Shown piece by piece: positions 28,402-37,784 of a stretch of DNA of 64,000 nt. The stretch's first letter is position 1, and the number at the start of each line of letters is the position of its first letter. The notes beneath the pieces were generated by a model that made no database searches, was not told the origin of the DNA, and worked only from the letters and a program-made list of their open reading frames with translations. A program made the position numbers and the translations under genes. The stretch is from Fimbriimonadales bacterium (lineage in GTDB: Bacteria; Armatimonadota; Fimbriimonadia; Fimbriimonadales; JABRVX01): NCBI GenBank assembly GCA_045862955.1, contig BTVI01000007.1, forward strand, positions 15,778 through 79,777, read 5' to 3'.

Positions 28402-30807
28402 TTACGGCGCCCAGGGATCGATGGCTCCGTAGGGGCGAGCGCCGTCGATCTTGGCCAGAAATGCGTTGCGGTCGGTGATCACCTCGACGCCATACAGCAC
28501 CCCTTGGGGGTCCACGGTGAGAGGTGCGCGCCAGGCATCGCCCGAAAGGTGCATCGGCTCGCGCCTCCAGTCGGCCTCCGACCGAAACGGCTTAGACAGC
28601 AAGCGCACCGCCACGATGCGCTCACCCCGAGCAAGGCCGCCGATTTGGGCGCGCACCTCCAGCGTCTGCTCGGCTCGCGACCTGTCTACGTCGGAGACCC
28701 CCACGCTGACACGGATTCCCGCGCCGTCCCCCGTCGGCCGACTCTGCACCGCCGGTGGTTTGTCGGACACCGGCATGGCAACGAAGTCCTTCTCGTCCTG
28801 CTCGAAAAGGCGCACCGACTGAGACCACTGATAGGTCTCGGTGCGCATGCGCAGGCGGTCAATAATCGGTCGAAAATGCCTGTCCCCCTCTTCTGCCAGA
28901 GCCACCCAGGCAGCCTTCGATTTCTCTGTTAGCTCTCGCGCTGCCTCGAAGCGCTGCGGGTCGGACGTGGCTTCGGCCAACGCGAACTCGGTAGCCGCAC
29001 GGAGCCGCGTGGCGTAGTAACGGGCAAGCAGCACGAGCATCCGCGCATCGGTCTCGAGGTCGTCCAGCGACTTGCTCGCACCGGAGGGAATTGCGCGCTG
29101 GGCTCGTTCCGTATCCGATGCCATGCGCTCTAGCATGTTTGCTGCCTGCAGGGGAGTGCGGCGGCCCGTGAAGTTACCTGTGGTCAGCTCCCGCGCATAC
29201 TCGGCACATCCCATCGCGAAGTAGGTGTCGAAGGGCAGGGCGCGCGCCCACTGCCGAATGGATCCGCCCCATTCCAACTCCGGAGCGTGATCCCTGTGGT
29301 CTGGGCCCAGCGAGAACTGTGTCTCGATGGTGGGGAGGATGCGGCTCATGCTCTGCAGTAGGCGGTATGCCGCGTCCCCATGCTTGGCCCCCCAATGCCG
29401 TCTCGCCTCCATGCGGAAAAGCTGTTCGGGAGTTTCGGGATCGTATCCTAGCCGACCCCACATCAGATACCACAGCGGGTTCCGCTCGTACTCCCAACGG
29501 AACATCGGCTCCGGGTGCAGGAAGTCGTCCATCGGGTAGTAGGTGCAGAACGGTTCGACCGTGAAACCCACCGAGCCTGCTAGGTTCGTCGTCTTCACGC
29601 ACTCTCGTATGTGCTCGTAGTCCGCCCACTGGAACACGCGGTTCGTGCCATTCGCGCGAATCTGCCAGATCACCTTGTACTGGCGTGGGTAGAAGAGATA
29701 GTCCTGATAGGAGTAGTCGCTCCACCGTGCCATGCGCCCGCCTGCTAGGTGCCATGGCGGACCCATCTGCTCTCCGTTGTACTTGATCTCGATCAGGAAC
29801 TTGTCGGGATACATCGCGCCGAGCTGTATCAGCTTCTCCTTCTTTGCCCCCCACGTGCGTGTGTAAAGTGGCAGTGGCCTGCCCATCTCCTCGAGCGCAG
29901 CTACATAGCTCTTGGCGTAGAAGTCTTCACCGTAGCCCGATTCGCCGATGCGGAAACCTATCATTCCGAGGTCCGGGCAGCGCTGTACGATCTGTTTCAG
30001 CCCTTCTTTGGTATAGGAGATGAAGTCGTCCGCGGAACGTTCTGGTGCCTGCCGACATCCCGGCCAGTTCCAGCCGCCGGTGTAGTTCATGATGCCGACC
30101 CGGATGCCGCGCTGCTTGGCCATGGTGCACACCTTGGCCAGCATCTGCACATTCTTCTCCGCCTGCGCCGGCTCCATGCCCACGTCAGGGTACTTCTTGC
30201 TCACCACGAAGTAAGGCCACATGTTAGGAAAGAGCGTGGTCTGCAGGTCGTACATACCGTGCAAGTCCAGTAGGTTGATGCGGGCGCTTGCGAGCAGGTC
30301 GAGGTACCCGCGCCAGAAGTCCTCGTCGGTGAACCACCAGTGCTCCCAATCGCGCCTGCCGTCAGCATCGGCACGAGGGATGGAGAGGAACGGGTTGACA
30401 GCGCGGACCTCTATGGCCGGTGTGTGCCTTTCAGTCTTGTTAGGGAAAGCGCCTTCGACACCATTCATCCGCACTCGCTCCGCCAGATCCAGTAGGGCGT
30501 ACATGAGCCCAACCTCTCCGCCCGCCTTGCAGATAACTCCTGCCGAATAGGGCTCGAAGGCATAATCCTCGGAACCCATCTCAGACACGGTCATCGCTGG
30601 TAGTGGGTAGCGGCGCGCGACCACTGCAATCATCTGCTTGTCGCTAGCGGCCCACACCTGCACGCTCGCCTCTGCGCGACGCTCGGCCAAGGCATCGCGC
30701 AGCTCACCGGCAGCAAAGGCTGCCGGCTCGCAACTCGACGGTATCACTATCTGGATCGGCTCCGCGACGAGAGACGCTGCTAAGCTGAGAGCGCAAACGA
30801 AAATCAC
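28402..30807 (-). CDS. Secreted uncharacterised glycoside-hydrolase-like protein
   Basis: Signal peptide; N-terminal AFAAGELRDAL...GGEVGLMYAL resembles GH20/GH67 N-terminal domains; barrel-like aromatic-rich core; next to sugar catabolic genes. Confidence 0.55.
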   Translation of the reverse strand: MIFVCALSLAASLVAEPIQIVIPSSCEPAAFAAGELRDALAERRAEASVQVWAASDKQMIAVVARRYPLPAMTVSEMGSEDYAFEPYSAGVICKAGGEVGLMYALLDLAERVRMNGVEGAFPNKTERHTPAIEVRAVNPFLSIPRADADGRRDWEHWWFTDEDFWRGYLDLLASARINLLDLHGMYDLQTTLFPNMWPYFVVSKKYPDVGMEPAQAEKNVQMLAKVCTMAKQRGIRVGIMNYTGGWNWPGCRQAPERSADDFISYTKEGLKQIVQRCPDLGMIGFRIGESGYGEDFYAKSYVAALEEMGRPLPLYTRTWGAKKEKLIQLGAMYPDKFLIEIKYNGEQMGPPWHLAGGRMARWSDYSYQDYLFYPRQYKVIWQIRANGTNRVFQWADYEHIRECVKTTNLAGSVGFTVEPFCTYYPMDDFLHPEPMFRWEYERNPLWYLMWGRLGYDPETPEQLFRMEARRHWGAKHGDAAYRLLQSMSRILPTIETQFSLGPDHRDHAPELEWGGSIRQWARALPFDTYFAMGCAEYARELTTGNFTGRRTPLQAANMLERMASDTERAQRAIPSGASKSLDDLETDARMLVLLARYYATRLRAATEFALAEATSDPQRFEAARELTEKSKAAWVALAEEGDRHFRPIIDRLRMRTETYQWSQSVRLFEQDEKDFVAMPVSDKPPAVQSRPTGDGAGIRVSVGVSDVDRSRAEQTLEVRAQIGGLARGERIVAVRLLSKPFRSEADWRREPMHLSGDAWRAPLTVDPQGVLYGVEVITDRNAFLAKIDGARPYGAIDPWAP

Positions 30808-30833
30808 TCAGTACCTCCCATGCCGGTACGACA

Positions 30834-31790
30834 TCAGCCGGCTAACAACCGCTCGAAAGAACCCGCCCCGAGCTGCTCCTCCAGCAGCTGCACTACCGCC
30901 GCGTGTGAGGTAACACCGTGGTGACTAAGTCGAGTGGTGCACAGCGCACCTACTGCGTTGGCAAAGGTCAACTTAGCGCGCAGCGGCCACCCGTGGGCTA
31001 GGCCATACAAAAAGCCGGCCGCGAAAGAGTCGCCCGCGCAAGTCGTGTCGACCACGGGCACTCGGAATGCTGCGATGTGAACCGAACCCTGCGTTGTGAC
31101 CGCCGTCGAGCCTCCTGCTCCCTGTTTCACTACCACCATCTGCGGACCGTAAGTGAGCAGTGAGCGTCCAATAGCCTGGGCATCCTCCTCGCCGGTCAGC
31201 ATACGCCCTTCCATCTCGTTCGTCATCAGCACGTGAACGTACGGGAGGGCAGGTCGCAGGTGCTCGAGCCAGACACCTCGCGCGTCCCAGTCGGTGTCGA
31301 GTGTAGTGATGCATCCGGCCTTGCTAGCACGTCGCAAGACGGATGCGATGTCCAGGTTCACTAGCTTCATCGCGCCACCGATGTGCACGATGCGCACGCC
31401 GTCGAACAACGAATCGGGGATCACGTCATCGGTTAGCTGTTCGTTGGCTCCCGGGCGGCACAGGAACGACCTCTCGCCGGAGGATTCTATCAGCCCGACT
31501 ACAGCCGAAGTGAGGTGCTTTTCTGAACGCCTCACTGCGCTCACGTCCACTCCCACGGCCTGCAGGTCGGAGAGCACGGAGTCGCCTAGACGATCCGTGC
31601 CGATGAGTCCGGCCACCCCCACTGAAGTCCCCAGCTTGGCCAGCACCGACGCACAGTTCGCCGCACAGCCACCGGCAACCAGCGCGAGGTCCTCGACGAG
31701 GATAGAGGTTCCCCGAGCGGGCATGGTGTCGGTAGGCCGCACCACCACGTCTGCAACCAGCAGGCCCACGCACAGGATGCGCTCGTTCAC
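30834..31790 (-). CDS. PfkB-family carbohydrate kinase
   Basis: GGCAANCA, NEMEG, VVKQGAGG, DTTCAGDSF; GTG start overlapping the aldolase stop. Confidence 0.9.
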   Translation of the reverse strand: MNERILCVGLLVADVVVRPTDTMPARGTSILVEDLALVAGGCAANCASVLAKLGTSVGVAGLIGTDRLGDSVLSDLQAVGVDVSAVRRSEKHLTSAVVGLIESSGERSFLCRPGANEQLTDDVIPDSLFDGVRIVHIGGAMKLVNLDIASVLRRASKAGCITTLDTDWDARGVWLEHLRPALPYVHVLMTNEMEGRMLTGEEDAQAIGRSLLTYGPQMVVVKQGAGGSTAVTTQGSVHIAAFRVPVVDTTCAGDSFAAGFLYGLAHGWPLRAKLTFANAVGALCTTRLSHHGVTSHAAVVQLLEEQLGAGSFERLLAG

Positions 31791-32605
31791 AGTGCGAACC
31801 TCATCGCGGCTTCTCCTGCCGAGGTGCCCTCGTGCACCACCGCGCAGAGGGCACGGAGGATCTCCTTGCGATTTGGTCTCTGCCACACGTTTCGACCGTA
31901 GATCACGCCCATGGCTCCAGCCCCCAGTCCCGCCTCCGTCATCTCTAGCAGGCCGCTCGGACTGTCTGCACACGGTCCGCCTGCAATCACGACGGGAACG
32001 GTGGCCGCGGCGGTCACCTGACGGAAGCTCTCGGCGGAGCCCGTGTACACGGTCTTGATAGCGTCCGCACCGTGCTCCGCGCCCACGCGAGCAGCCAGTG
32101 CAACCTGTTCGGTCAGCTCTGCCTCGCTCGGCGGCTTGGCGGAAGGCCCGAAGTGCCCCGCGAGCGCTGCGGCAGGGATCATCTCTGCAATCAGCGGCAT
32201 GCCCCAGCGCTCGCACTGCTCGGCAGTTTCCCCGAGCTTGCGCAGCAGGTCGTCTTCGTTCTCGACGCCCACGTACACGTTGAGCACGCACGCATCGGCG
32301 CCCGCCGCCAGCGCCGCCTCCACACTGGAGAAGCGCTTGAACCGAGTGAGATGCGAGCCCAAGCGCGTTGCCGTGCCATCCAGCCGTGCCACAACCCCCA
32401 AGTGCCCGATTACCCCAGCCACCCTGCGTAGAGTGGCGAGAGTGAGAAGCAACCCGTCTGCTGGGGACTCGGCGGCGTCCCGCACCAGGCCGACCGGGTC
32501 CTCCACGCCAGCCATCGGCCCGAAGAACGAAGGGTGGTCCATGGGGAGGATCACACACCGACCTTTCGGGAACAACCTGCGCATCCTTAGTTGCTTCGCA
32601 CTCAT
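31787..32605 (-). CDS. Class I aldolase, LsrF/FbaB/DhnA family
   Basis: PMDH, AARVGAEHGADAIKT (Schiff-base Lys), VVIAGG, GRNVWQ. Confidence 0.88.
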   Translation of the reverse strand: MSAKQLRMRRLFPKGRCVILPMDHPSFFGPMAGVEDPVGLVRDAAESPADGLLLTLATLRRVAGVIGHLGVVARLDGTATRLGSHLTRFKRFSSVEAALAAGADACVLNVYVGVENEDDLLRKLGETAEQCERWGMPLIAEMIPAAALAGHFGPSAKPPSEAELTEQVALAARVGAEHGADAIKTVYTGSAESFRQVTAAATVPVVIAGGPCADSPSGLLEMTEAGLGAGAMGVIYGRNVWQRPNRKEILRALCAVVHEGTSAGEAAMRFAL

Positions 32606-32721
32606 GCGGGGCTCGTCTCCTTCGGCCTGCCTGCCACGGGATTCGACGGCGGGCCTCCGATGCCTGCAGGCTATGCCCGCGCCGGTACAATCGGCCCTAC
32701 GACACATCCCGCCGAGGTGAC

Positions 32722-34164
32722 ATGATGGCGACTTCTGCGAACGGCCTGCGACCCACTCCTAGGCTCGGACTGCTGATAACTTCGATAGACGTGTTCGACC
32801 CCGAGGCGAAGGACCGATCGGAAGCTTCCATCCGACGGTACTTCGACGAGCTGGCGGCGAGCGGCAAGGTCGACGCGGGCTCGCTGGTGATCGGGCGGAT
32901 CGAGCGGCCACACGAAGCCGTTGCCGCGGCAGCGGAGTTCGCTCGTGCTTGCGTGGACGTGGTCGCCATCGCGAACGTGGCCTTTCCGAACGGGCAAGTG
33001 TTCCTAGCACTCGCCACCGATCCGTATCTGTCGCGCATTCCTCTGGCAGTGATTGCCGACCCGGAGCCCGAGGGCGACGAGTGGGCGACCAACGCTTGGT
33101 GCGGGGCGATCATGAATAACTTCGCTGCGCATCGCCTGGGAAGGGCGATCGCCGCTATCCCCGGGCCGTCGGATGGTCAGGCATTTCGTCAGGAGTTCGA
33201 GAGGCTACTGCGGGTGGCCGCTGCGATCAAGGCTCTGCGGCAGGAGTTCATCGGGCGCTATGGAGACGCACCCGGTGGCTTCCACTCGGCGACGGGCGAC
33301 CAGCTCGCGTATGCTGCCAAGTTCGGGACCAGAGTGGACACGGTTGACCTCAGTGCGGTCCGGGAATGCTTCGAGACAGGTAAGACCAGCGGGTACCTGG
33401 GAGAGACCTCGTTCACGGACGACGAGGTGAAGGCTACCATGCGGGCCGTGCGCGAGGGCAGGGAAGTGAGCGTGGACGACGAGATGCTGGAGAAGGGTTG
33501 CCGGATGTACCACGCCCTCCGATGCATGGCCGGGGCGAACGGCCACACGTCGCTCGCGCTAAGGTGCTGGCCAGAGGTGTACGAACCGCACATCGGAGTG
33601 AGCTTGTGCCTGTCCATCAGCCTGCTGTTAGGGAACGGCGATGTGCGAGCCGCCGCGTGCGAAGCCGATTGGCCGGCCGCGGTGACGCAATCGCTCGGCA
33701 CGCTGTTATCCGGCCGACCGGCGGTGTGCTTAGATTGGGTGAACTACACGGGTGGGTCGGAGATCGTGCAGCTCGGGCACTGCGGCGTCGGGCTAATGGG
33801 TCACATGGCGGCCGGTTGCCAGTGCGAGGCGGTCACCCTCCACCCGGTGCTACGACAGGGTGGCAAGCGTATGGGGCCCGTTCACATCGGCCAGTTCGAG
33901 CACGGCCCGAAGACAGGCATCTGTATGATGCAGGACAGGGATGGGAAGTTCCGCATGTTGGCGTTCGCCGGGGAGAGCGGACCGGATACTGAGAAGGGGA
34001 TGAAGTACGTGGCAGCAGACGTCCGTTTTCCGAAGTACCGGGAGCTGAACCAGCTGATCCTGGAGGGTGGATTTCCGCACCACCTCGCTACGGCGTTCGG
34101 TGATATACGGGAGGACCTTCGGCTGCTGTGCAAGTTTCTGGACGTCGAGTACGTCGAACCGTAG
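32722..34164 (+). CDS. L-fucose/L-arabinose isomerase-family sugar isomerase
   Basis: ALRCWPE, ACEAD, GHCG and C-terminal FPHH motifs. Confidence 0.75.
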   Translation: MMATSANGLRPTPRLGLLITSIDVFDPEAKDRSEASIRRYFDELAASGKVDAGSLVIGRIERPHEAVAAAAEFARACVDVVAIANVAFPNGQVFLALATDPYLSRIPLAVIADPEPEGDEWATNAWCGAIMNNFAAHRLGRAIAAIPGPSDGQAFRQEFERLLRVAAAIKALRQEFIGRYGDAPGGFHSATGDQLAYAAKFGTRVDTVDLSAVRECFETGKTSGYLGETSFTDDEVKATMRAVREGREVSVDDEMLEKGCRMYHALRCMAGANGHTSLALRCWPEVYEPHIGVSLCLSISLLLGNGDVRAAACEADWPAAVTQSLGTLLSGRPAVCLDWVNYTGGSEIVQLGHCGVGLMGHMAAGCQCEAVTLHPVLRQGGKRMGPVHIGQFEHGPKTGICMMQDRDGKFRMLAFAGESGPDTEKGMKYVAADVRFPKYRELNQLILEGGFPHHLATAFGDIREDLRLLCKFLDVEYVEP

Positions 34165-34217
34165 ACTCTGGGACCGCCTTCTGGCTCACGCAAAGGCTAC
34201 CAGGCGTCGCGAGAGAG

Positions 34218-34459
34218 CGTTATTCCCCGAAGTTTCTGGATTGCTAGTGGCAAGCGCGAAGTGGCAGCTCGCAGCCTCGGGATGACGGCACTGTGCGATC
34301 CCGTCGACTCGGTGTCAGGTGCCGTCATGCCCGTCAACTCGGTGTCAGGTACCGTCATGCTGAGCCCGTCGAAGCATGCCTCCGAAGACCGCGAGCAAGG
34401 TATCTCATGTGTTAGCATGCGGCCACCCATCGCATGCTGCGACGGGCTCAGCATGACGG
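34218..34459. repeat. REP-like cluster between convergent genes: degenerate inverted pair (34218/34287), 30-bp tandem (34301-34360), inverted family-A pair (34352-34379 / 34432-34459)
   Basis: CCGTCATGCTGAGCCCGTCGAAGCATGC and its inverted partner GCATGCTGCGACGGGCTCAGCATGACGG. Confidence 0.8.
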
Positions 34460-34565
34460 CGAGAACACCATGCGATCTTGCTCGCAAACATCGGGAATTC
34501 CCGATGCCTGGTCGAGCATCCACTCACTACAGCGGTTCGCCTACAGACGACTCCGCAGGACAGCC

Positions 34566-35543
34566 TTACTTCGCCACCGCAGGGGAGAAGCCATCGAGAC
34601 TGAGGCGGAATATCTCGCGCTGCTCGTTGGTCACCAGCAACGTCCGATCATCCACGAAGCACACCCCCTCGCACTGCTTTCCGCCAGAGAAAACGAACCT
34701 TCTCGCGTTCCCCGATAGCAGCTTGTCGCCCTGCGCGGGCAATTCGAAAAGCCAAACGGAAGCCACGGGGAACTGCGTAAGCACTGCAAGGTGCTTCTCA
34801 TCCGGTGAGATGTCCGCGGCGGTGACCCATCCTCCCAGGTCTTGCTTCGAGTCGAGTAGCGTCAGCACGTTGACGCGGTCGGTGAACTCCGTGTCCAGAC
34901 GGTACAGCTTGGTGCCGTTCTCGGGTAGATCGCCGGTCGCGCCCGCGCGGTGCTTGGTCAGAAAGTGCAGCTTGCCCTTGTGCACGAAGAGGGCCTCGCA
35001 GTCGAAGTGCCACCTATCACCGGGGTACTCCTTCTGGTCCGCGTAGGCGACCGGGAGCCATTTCAGCACCCTCGTGCGCATGGTTGCTCTCGGATTGGGT
35101 TCTTTCAGCACGTACACTCCGAGGTCTCGTCGGGCATTGCCGTTATTACCCACATCTCCGATATACAGGGTATCGCCTTCGATGGCGATGTCTTCCCAGT
35201 CGAGGTTGTGTGCGGCATCCAGCCTAATACCGGGATACGGTTCCTTGCCTTCTGCTGGCTGGTCCGCGTAGTACCTGTCTCCGACCCAGCTAGGCATGAT
35301 CACCGAGCCATCGGAACGAATGGCGAATATGCGTGCTTCGTCTCCGCTGTCGTTATGCACCCAGTAGACGTCGTCATACGTGCGGCTCTTGACGATGCCG
35401 CTCTGCTCGTTGATCGGTGGGTGCGTGATGGTAGCTGCAGCTGTTAGTGCCGTAGGGCGCTGTATCTTCAGGACTGGAGCATGTGCGCCTACGGACACCA
35501 CGACAGCTATGGCAACGCCGATGAGTATTCTCGCTATTCTCAC
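34566..35543 (-). CDS. Secreted beta-propeller-like protein of unknown function
   Basis: Signal peptide; EQSG, HNDSG, DWEDIA, GDVGNN, DCEAL, TAADISPD, QCEGV motifs. Confidence 0.7.
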   Translation of the reverse strand: MRIARILIGVAIAVVVSVGAHAPVLKIQRPTALTAAATITHPPINEQSGIVKSRTYDDVYWVHNDSGDEARIFAIRSDGSVIMPSWVGDRYYADQPAEGKEPYPGIRLDAAHNLDWEDIAIEGDTLYIGDVGNNGNARRDLGVYVLKEPNPRATMRTRVLKWLPVAYADQKEYPGDRWHFDCEALFVHKGKLHFLTKHRAGATGDLPENGTKLYRLDTEFTDRVNVLTLLDSKQDLGGWVTAADISPDEKHLAVLTQFPVASVWLFELPAQGDKLLSGNARRFVFSGGKQCEGVCFVDDRTLLVTNEQREIFRLSLDGFSPAVAK

Positions 35544-35740
35544 GCTGATGTCACCGTCTCACCTCGCCGAATACCTCCACCGCTCCTGCGGTAGAGGCTT
35601 CTAACGCATGCCTCCACTGGCCCTTGGATGGAGGCCGCAACATGTTACCTATATCGCGCAGGGTCTCTACACCCAATGGCGGGCGGAGAGATGGTGCCTG
35701 CTGTGCCGCCGTAGTGAGATGGTCGAAGCACCTCGCGATT

Positions 35741-36128
35741 CCGTCATGCTGAGCCTGTCGAAGTATCCCGCCATTCTCCGTCATGCTGACCGTGTCGAAG
35801 TATCCCGCCATTCTCCGTCATGCTGAGCCTGTCGAAGCATCCCGCCATTCTCCGTCATGCTGAGCCTGTCGGAGCACCTCGCCATTCCGTCATGGTGAGC
35901 CTGTCGGAGCACCTCGACGTTCCGTCATGGTGAGCCTGTCGAAGCATCCCGCCATTCTCCGTCATGCTGAGCCTGTCGAAGCACCTCGCCGTTCCGTCAT
36001 GCTGAGCCTGTCGAAGCACCTCGCCATTCTCCGTCATGCTGAGCCTGTCGAAGCACCTCGCCGTTCCGTCATGCTGAGCCTGTCGAAGCATCCCGCCATT
36101 CTCCGTCATGCTGAGCCTGTCGAAGCAT
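35741..36128 (+). repeat. Tandem array of 11 REP-like family-A units, period 35/37 bp
   Basis: Units start at 35741, 35778, 35815, 35852, 35887, 35922, 35959, 35994, 36031, 36066 and 36103; a degenerate twelfth lies near 35706. Confidence 0.92.
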
Positions 36129-36267
36129 GACATCGACTCACGCACGGTGACACATCCACACACAGCGGCAGCAAGGACCGACCGCGCGCATCGAAAGGCT
36201 CAGGACGGCGGGCAAACATCTCGGCCGATTCGGCACAACGCCCGGACGGACCCGGCGCCGCTCCCAC

Positions 36268-37572
36268 CTAGCCCTTCGTCTTCCGCCGTTTCCGCTCCTC
36301 CTGCCGCGCGCGCAGCTTGGGCTCCACACCCTGGTCGCTCGGCTCGTAGTAGGGAAGCTCCCAGTCTCCCTCCGGCAGATACTGCTGCTCAACGAAGTGC
36401 CCCGGGAAGTCGTGTGGATACACGTAACCCTCTCCTGCCTCGAGCTTCGGCGCGAACGAGGCACCGCTGGATCTCAGGTGCTTCGGCACCGGAGGCGGTT
36501 GTCGTTTCCGAACGTCGGCCATCGCACGCGTGATCGCTAGCATCGCCGCATTCGACTTGGGCGCGCAAGCCAGGTAGGTTACGGCTTGTGCGAGCGAGAG
36601 TTGCGCCTCGGGCCAACCGATCCGCTCAACGACGTGAAACGCCGCCATCGCAAGCACCAGCGCCATCGGGTCCGCATTCCCGATGTCCTCGCTGGCCAGA
36701 ATCACCAGCCTGCGCGCGATAAAGCGAGGGTCTTCGCCCGCTTCGATCATCCGCGCCATGTAGTGCAGCGCGGCGTCGGGGTCGGAGCCTCTCACCGACT
36801 TGATGAAGGCGGAGATCGTGTCGTAGTGCGCATCGCCCGCGCGGTCGTACTTCGGTGCGGGTGCCTGTTGCGCCGCCTCCACATGTGCGAGACGGATCGG
36901 TCCATCGGTAGGAGCGAGGTTCGCTGCGGCCTCCAGGAGGTTCAGGGCAATTCGGGCATCGCCACCCGCCAAGCGCACCACGTGCTCCAGAGCATCTGCC
37001 TCGCAATCGCGCCCCAGCCCGCGCTCCGTGTCGGCAAGTGCTCGCTCTACGATGACGCGAACCTCGTCATCGGTTAGCGGCTTCAGGATAAGCACCCGGC
37101 AGCGCGAGAGCAAGGGAGAAGCCAGTGCGAACGATGGGTTCTCGGTGGTAGCGGCAACCAGCTCCAGGGTGCCGTCCTCCACATAGCCCAGGAGCGCGTC
37201 CTGCTGCGTGCGCGTGAAGTGGTGCACCTCGTCCAAGAAAAGGACCGTTCGCTTGCCTGTGCTCGCCTTGCGGTTGCGGGCCGCCTGTGCCAGTTTGCGG
37301 ATGTCCGCGATGCCCACCGACACCGCGCTGTGCGGCTCGAAGTGCGCGTCGGAGTGCGCGGCGATGATGCCCGCGAGCGTGGTCTTGCCGCACCCTGCGG
37401 GTCCCCATAAAATGACGGACCCCAGCTTGCCTTCGCGGATCAGTCGGTGCAGCGGCGCGCCGGGCGCGAGAATGTGGACCTGGCCGACGTACTCCTCCAG
37501 AGTTCGCGGTCGCATGCGGGCCGCTAGCGGCTGGTCGAGCCCGATCTCGGAGGGCTCCTCGAAGAGGGTCAT
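36268..37572 (-). CDS. rarA: Replication-associated recombination protein A (RarA/MgsA)
   Basis: PLAARMRP, Walker A GPAGCGKT, FLDEVH, ATTENP, HYDTISAFIKSVRGSDPDAA, ASEDIG, YPHD. Confidence 0.95.
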   Translation of the reverse strand: MTLFEEPSEIGLDQPLAARMRPRTLEEYVGQVHILAPGAPLHRLIREGKLGSVILWGPAGCGKTTLAGIIAAHSDAHFEPHSAVSVGIADIRKLAQAARNRKASTGKRTVLFLDEVHHFTRTQQDALLGYVEDGTLELVAATTENPSFALASPLLSRCRVLILKPLTDDEVRVIVERALADTERGLGRDCEADALEHVVRLAGGDARIALNLLEAAANLAPTDGPIRLAHVEAAQQAPAPKYDRAGDAHYDTISAFIKSVRGSDPDAALHYMARMIEAGEDPRFIARRLVILASEDIGNADPMALVLAMAAFHVVERIGWPEAQLSLAQAVTYLACAPKSNAAMLAITRAMADVRKRQPPPVPKHLRSSGASFAPKLEAGEGYVYPHDFPGHFVEQQYLPEGDWELPYYEPSDQGVEPKLRARQEERKRRKTKG

Positions 37573-37784
37573 GCACACCTTCTTCCGCGAACCACCCCGC
37601 AAGCACCGTGTGCCGGCGATGTTCTGGAACCCCGAACACAGGGTGGGCGCAGCCGCGCCGCCGCCGGAACGCGGTGCGCTCCTTTGAACGACACGAGACC
37701 AACGCCCTAGAACACGCTATCGGCTCCGAACACCTTGGGCAAGCACGCGTGTCGCAGGGTGGTTCTGTATCTCTAGTGTACCAG

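Noticed and set aside
30834-31790. PfkB kinase as the missing PsuK
   Set aside because: It is 19 kb from psuG and coupled to an aldolase, which points to sugar catabolism
31791-32690. 618-aa fused kinase ORF
   Set aside because: The upstream part is an alternate frame of the aldolase gene; the kinase starts at GTG 31790
35741-36128. CRISPR array
   Set aside because: Linkers are only 10-12 nt and repeat rather than being unique, and no cas genes are in the window
35551-36533. ORFs with MLSLSKH / LRQAQHD / CFDRLSMT repeats (also at 9-533, 34197-34718, 41213-42794)
   Set aside because: These are translations of the palindromic repeat in different frames, not credible proteins
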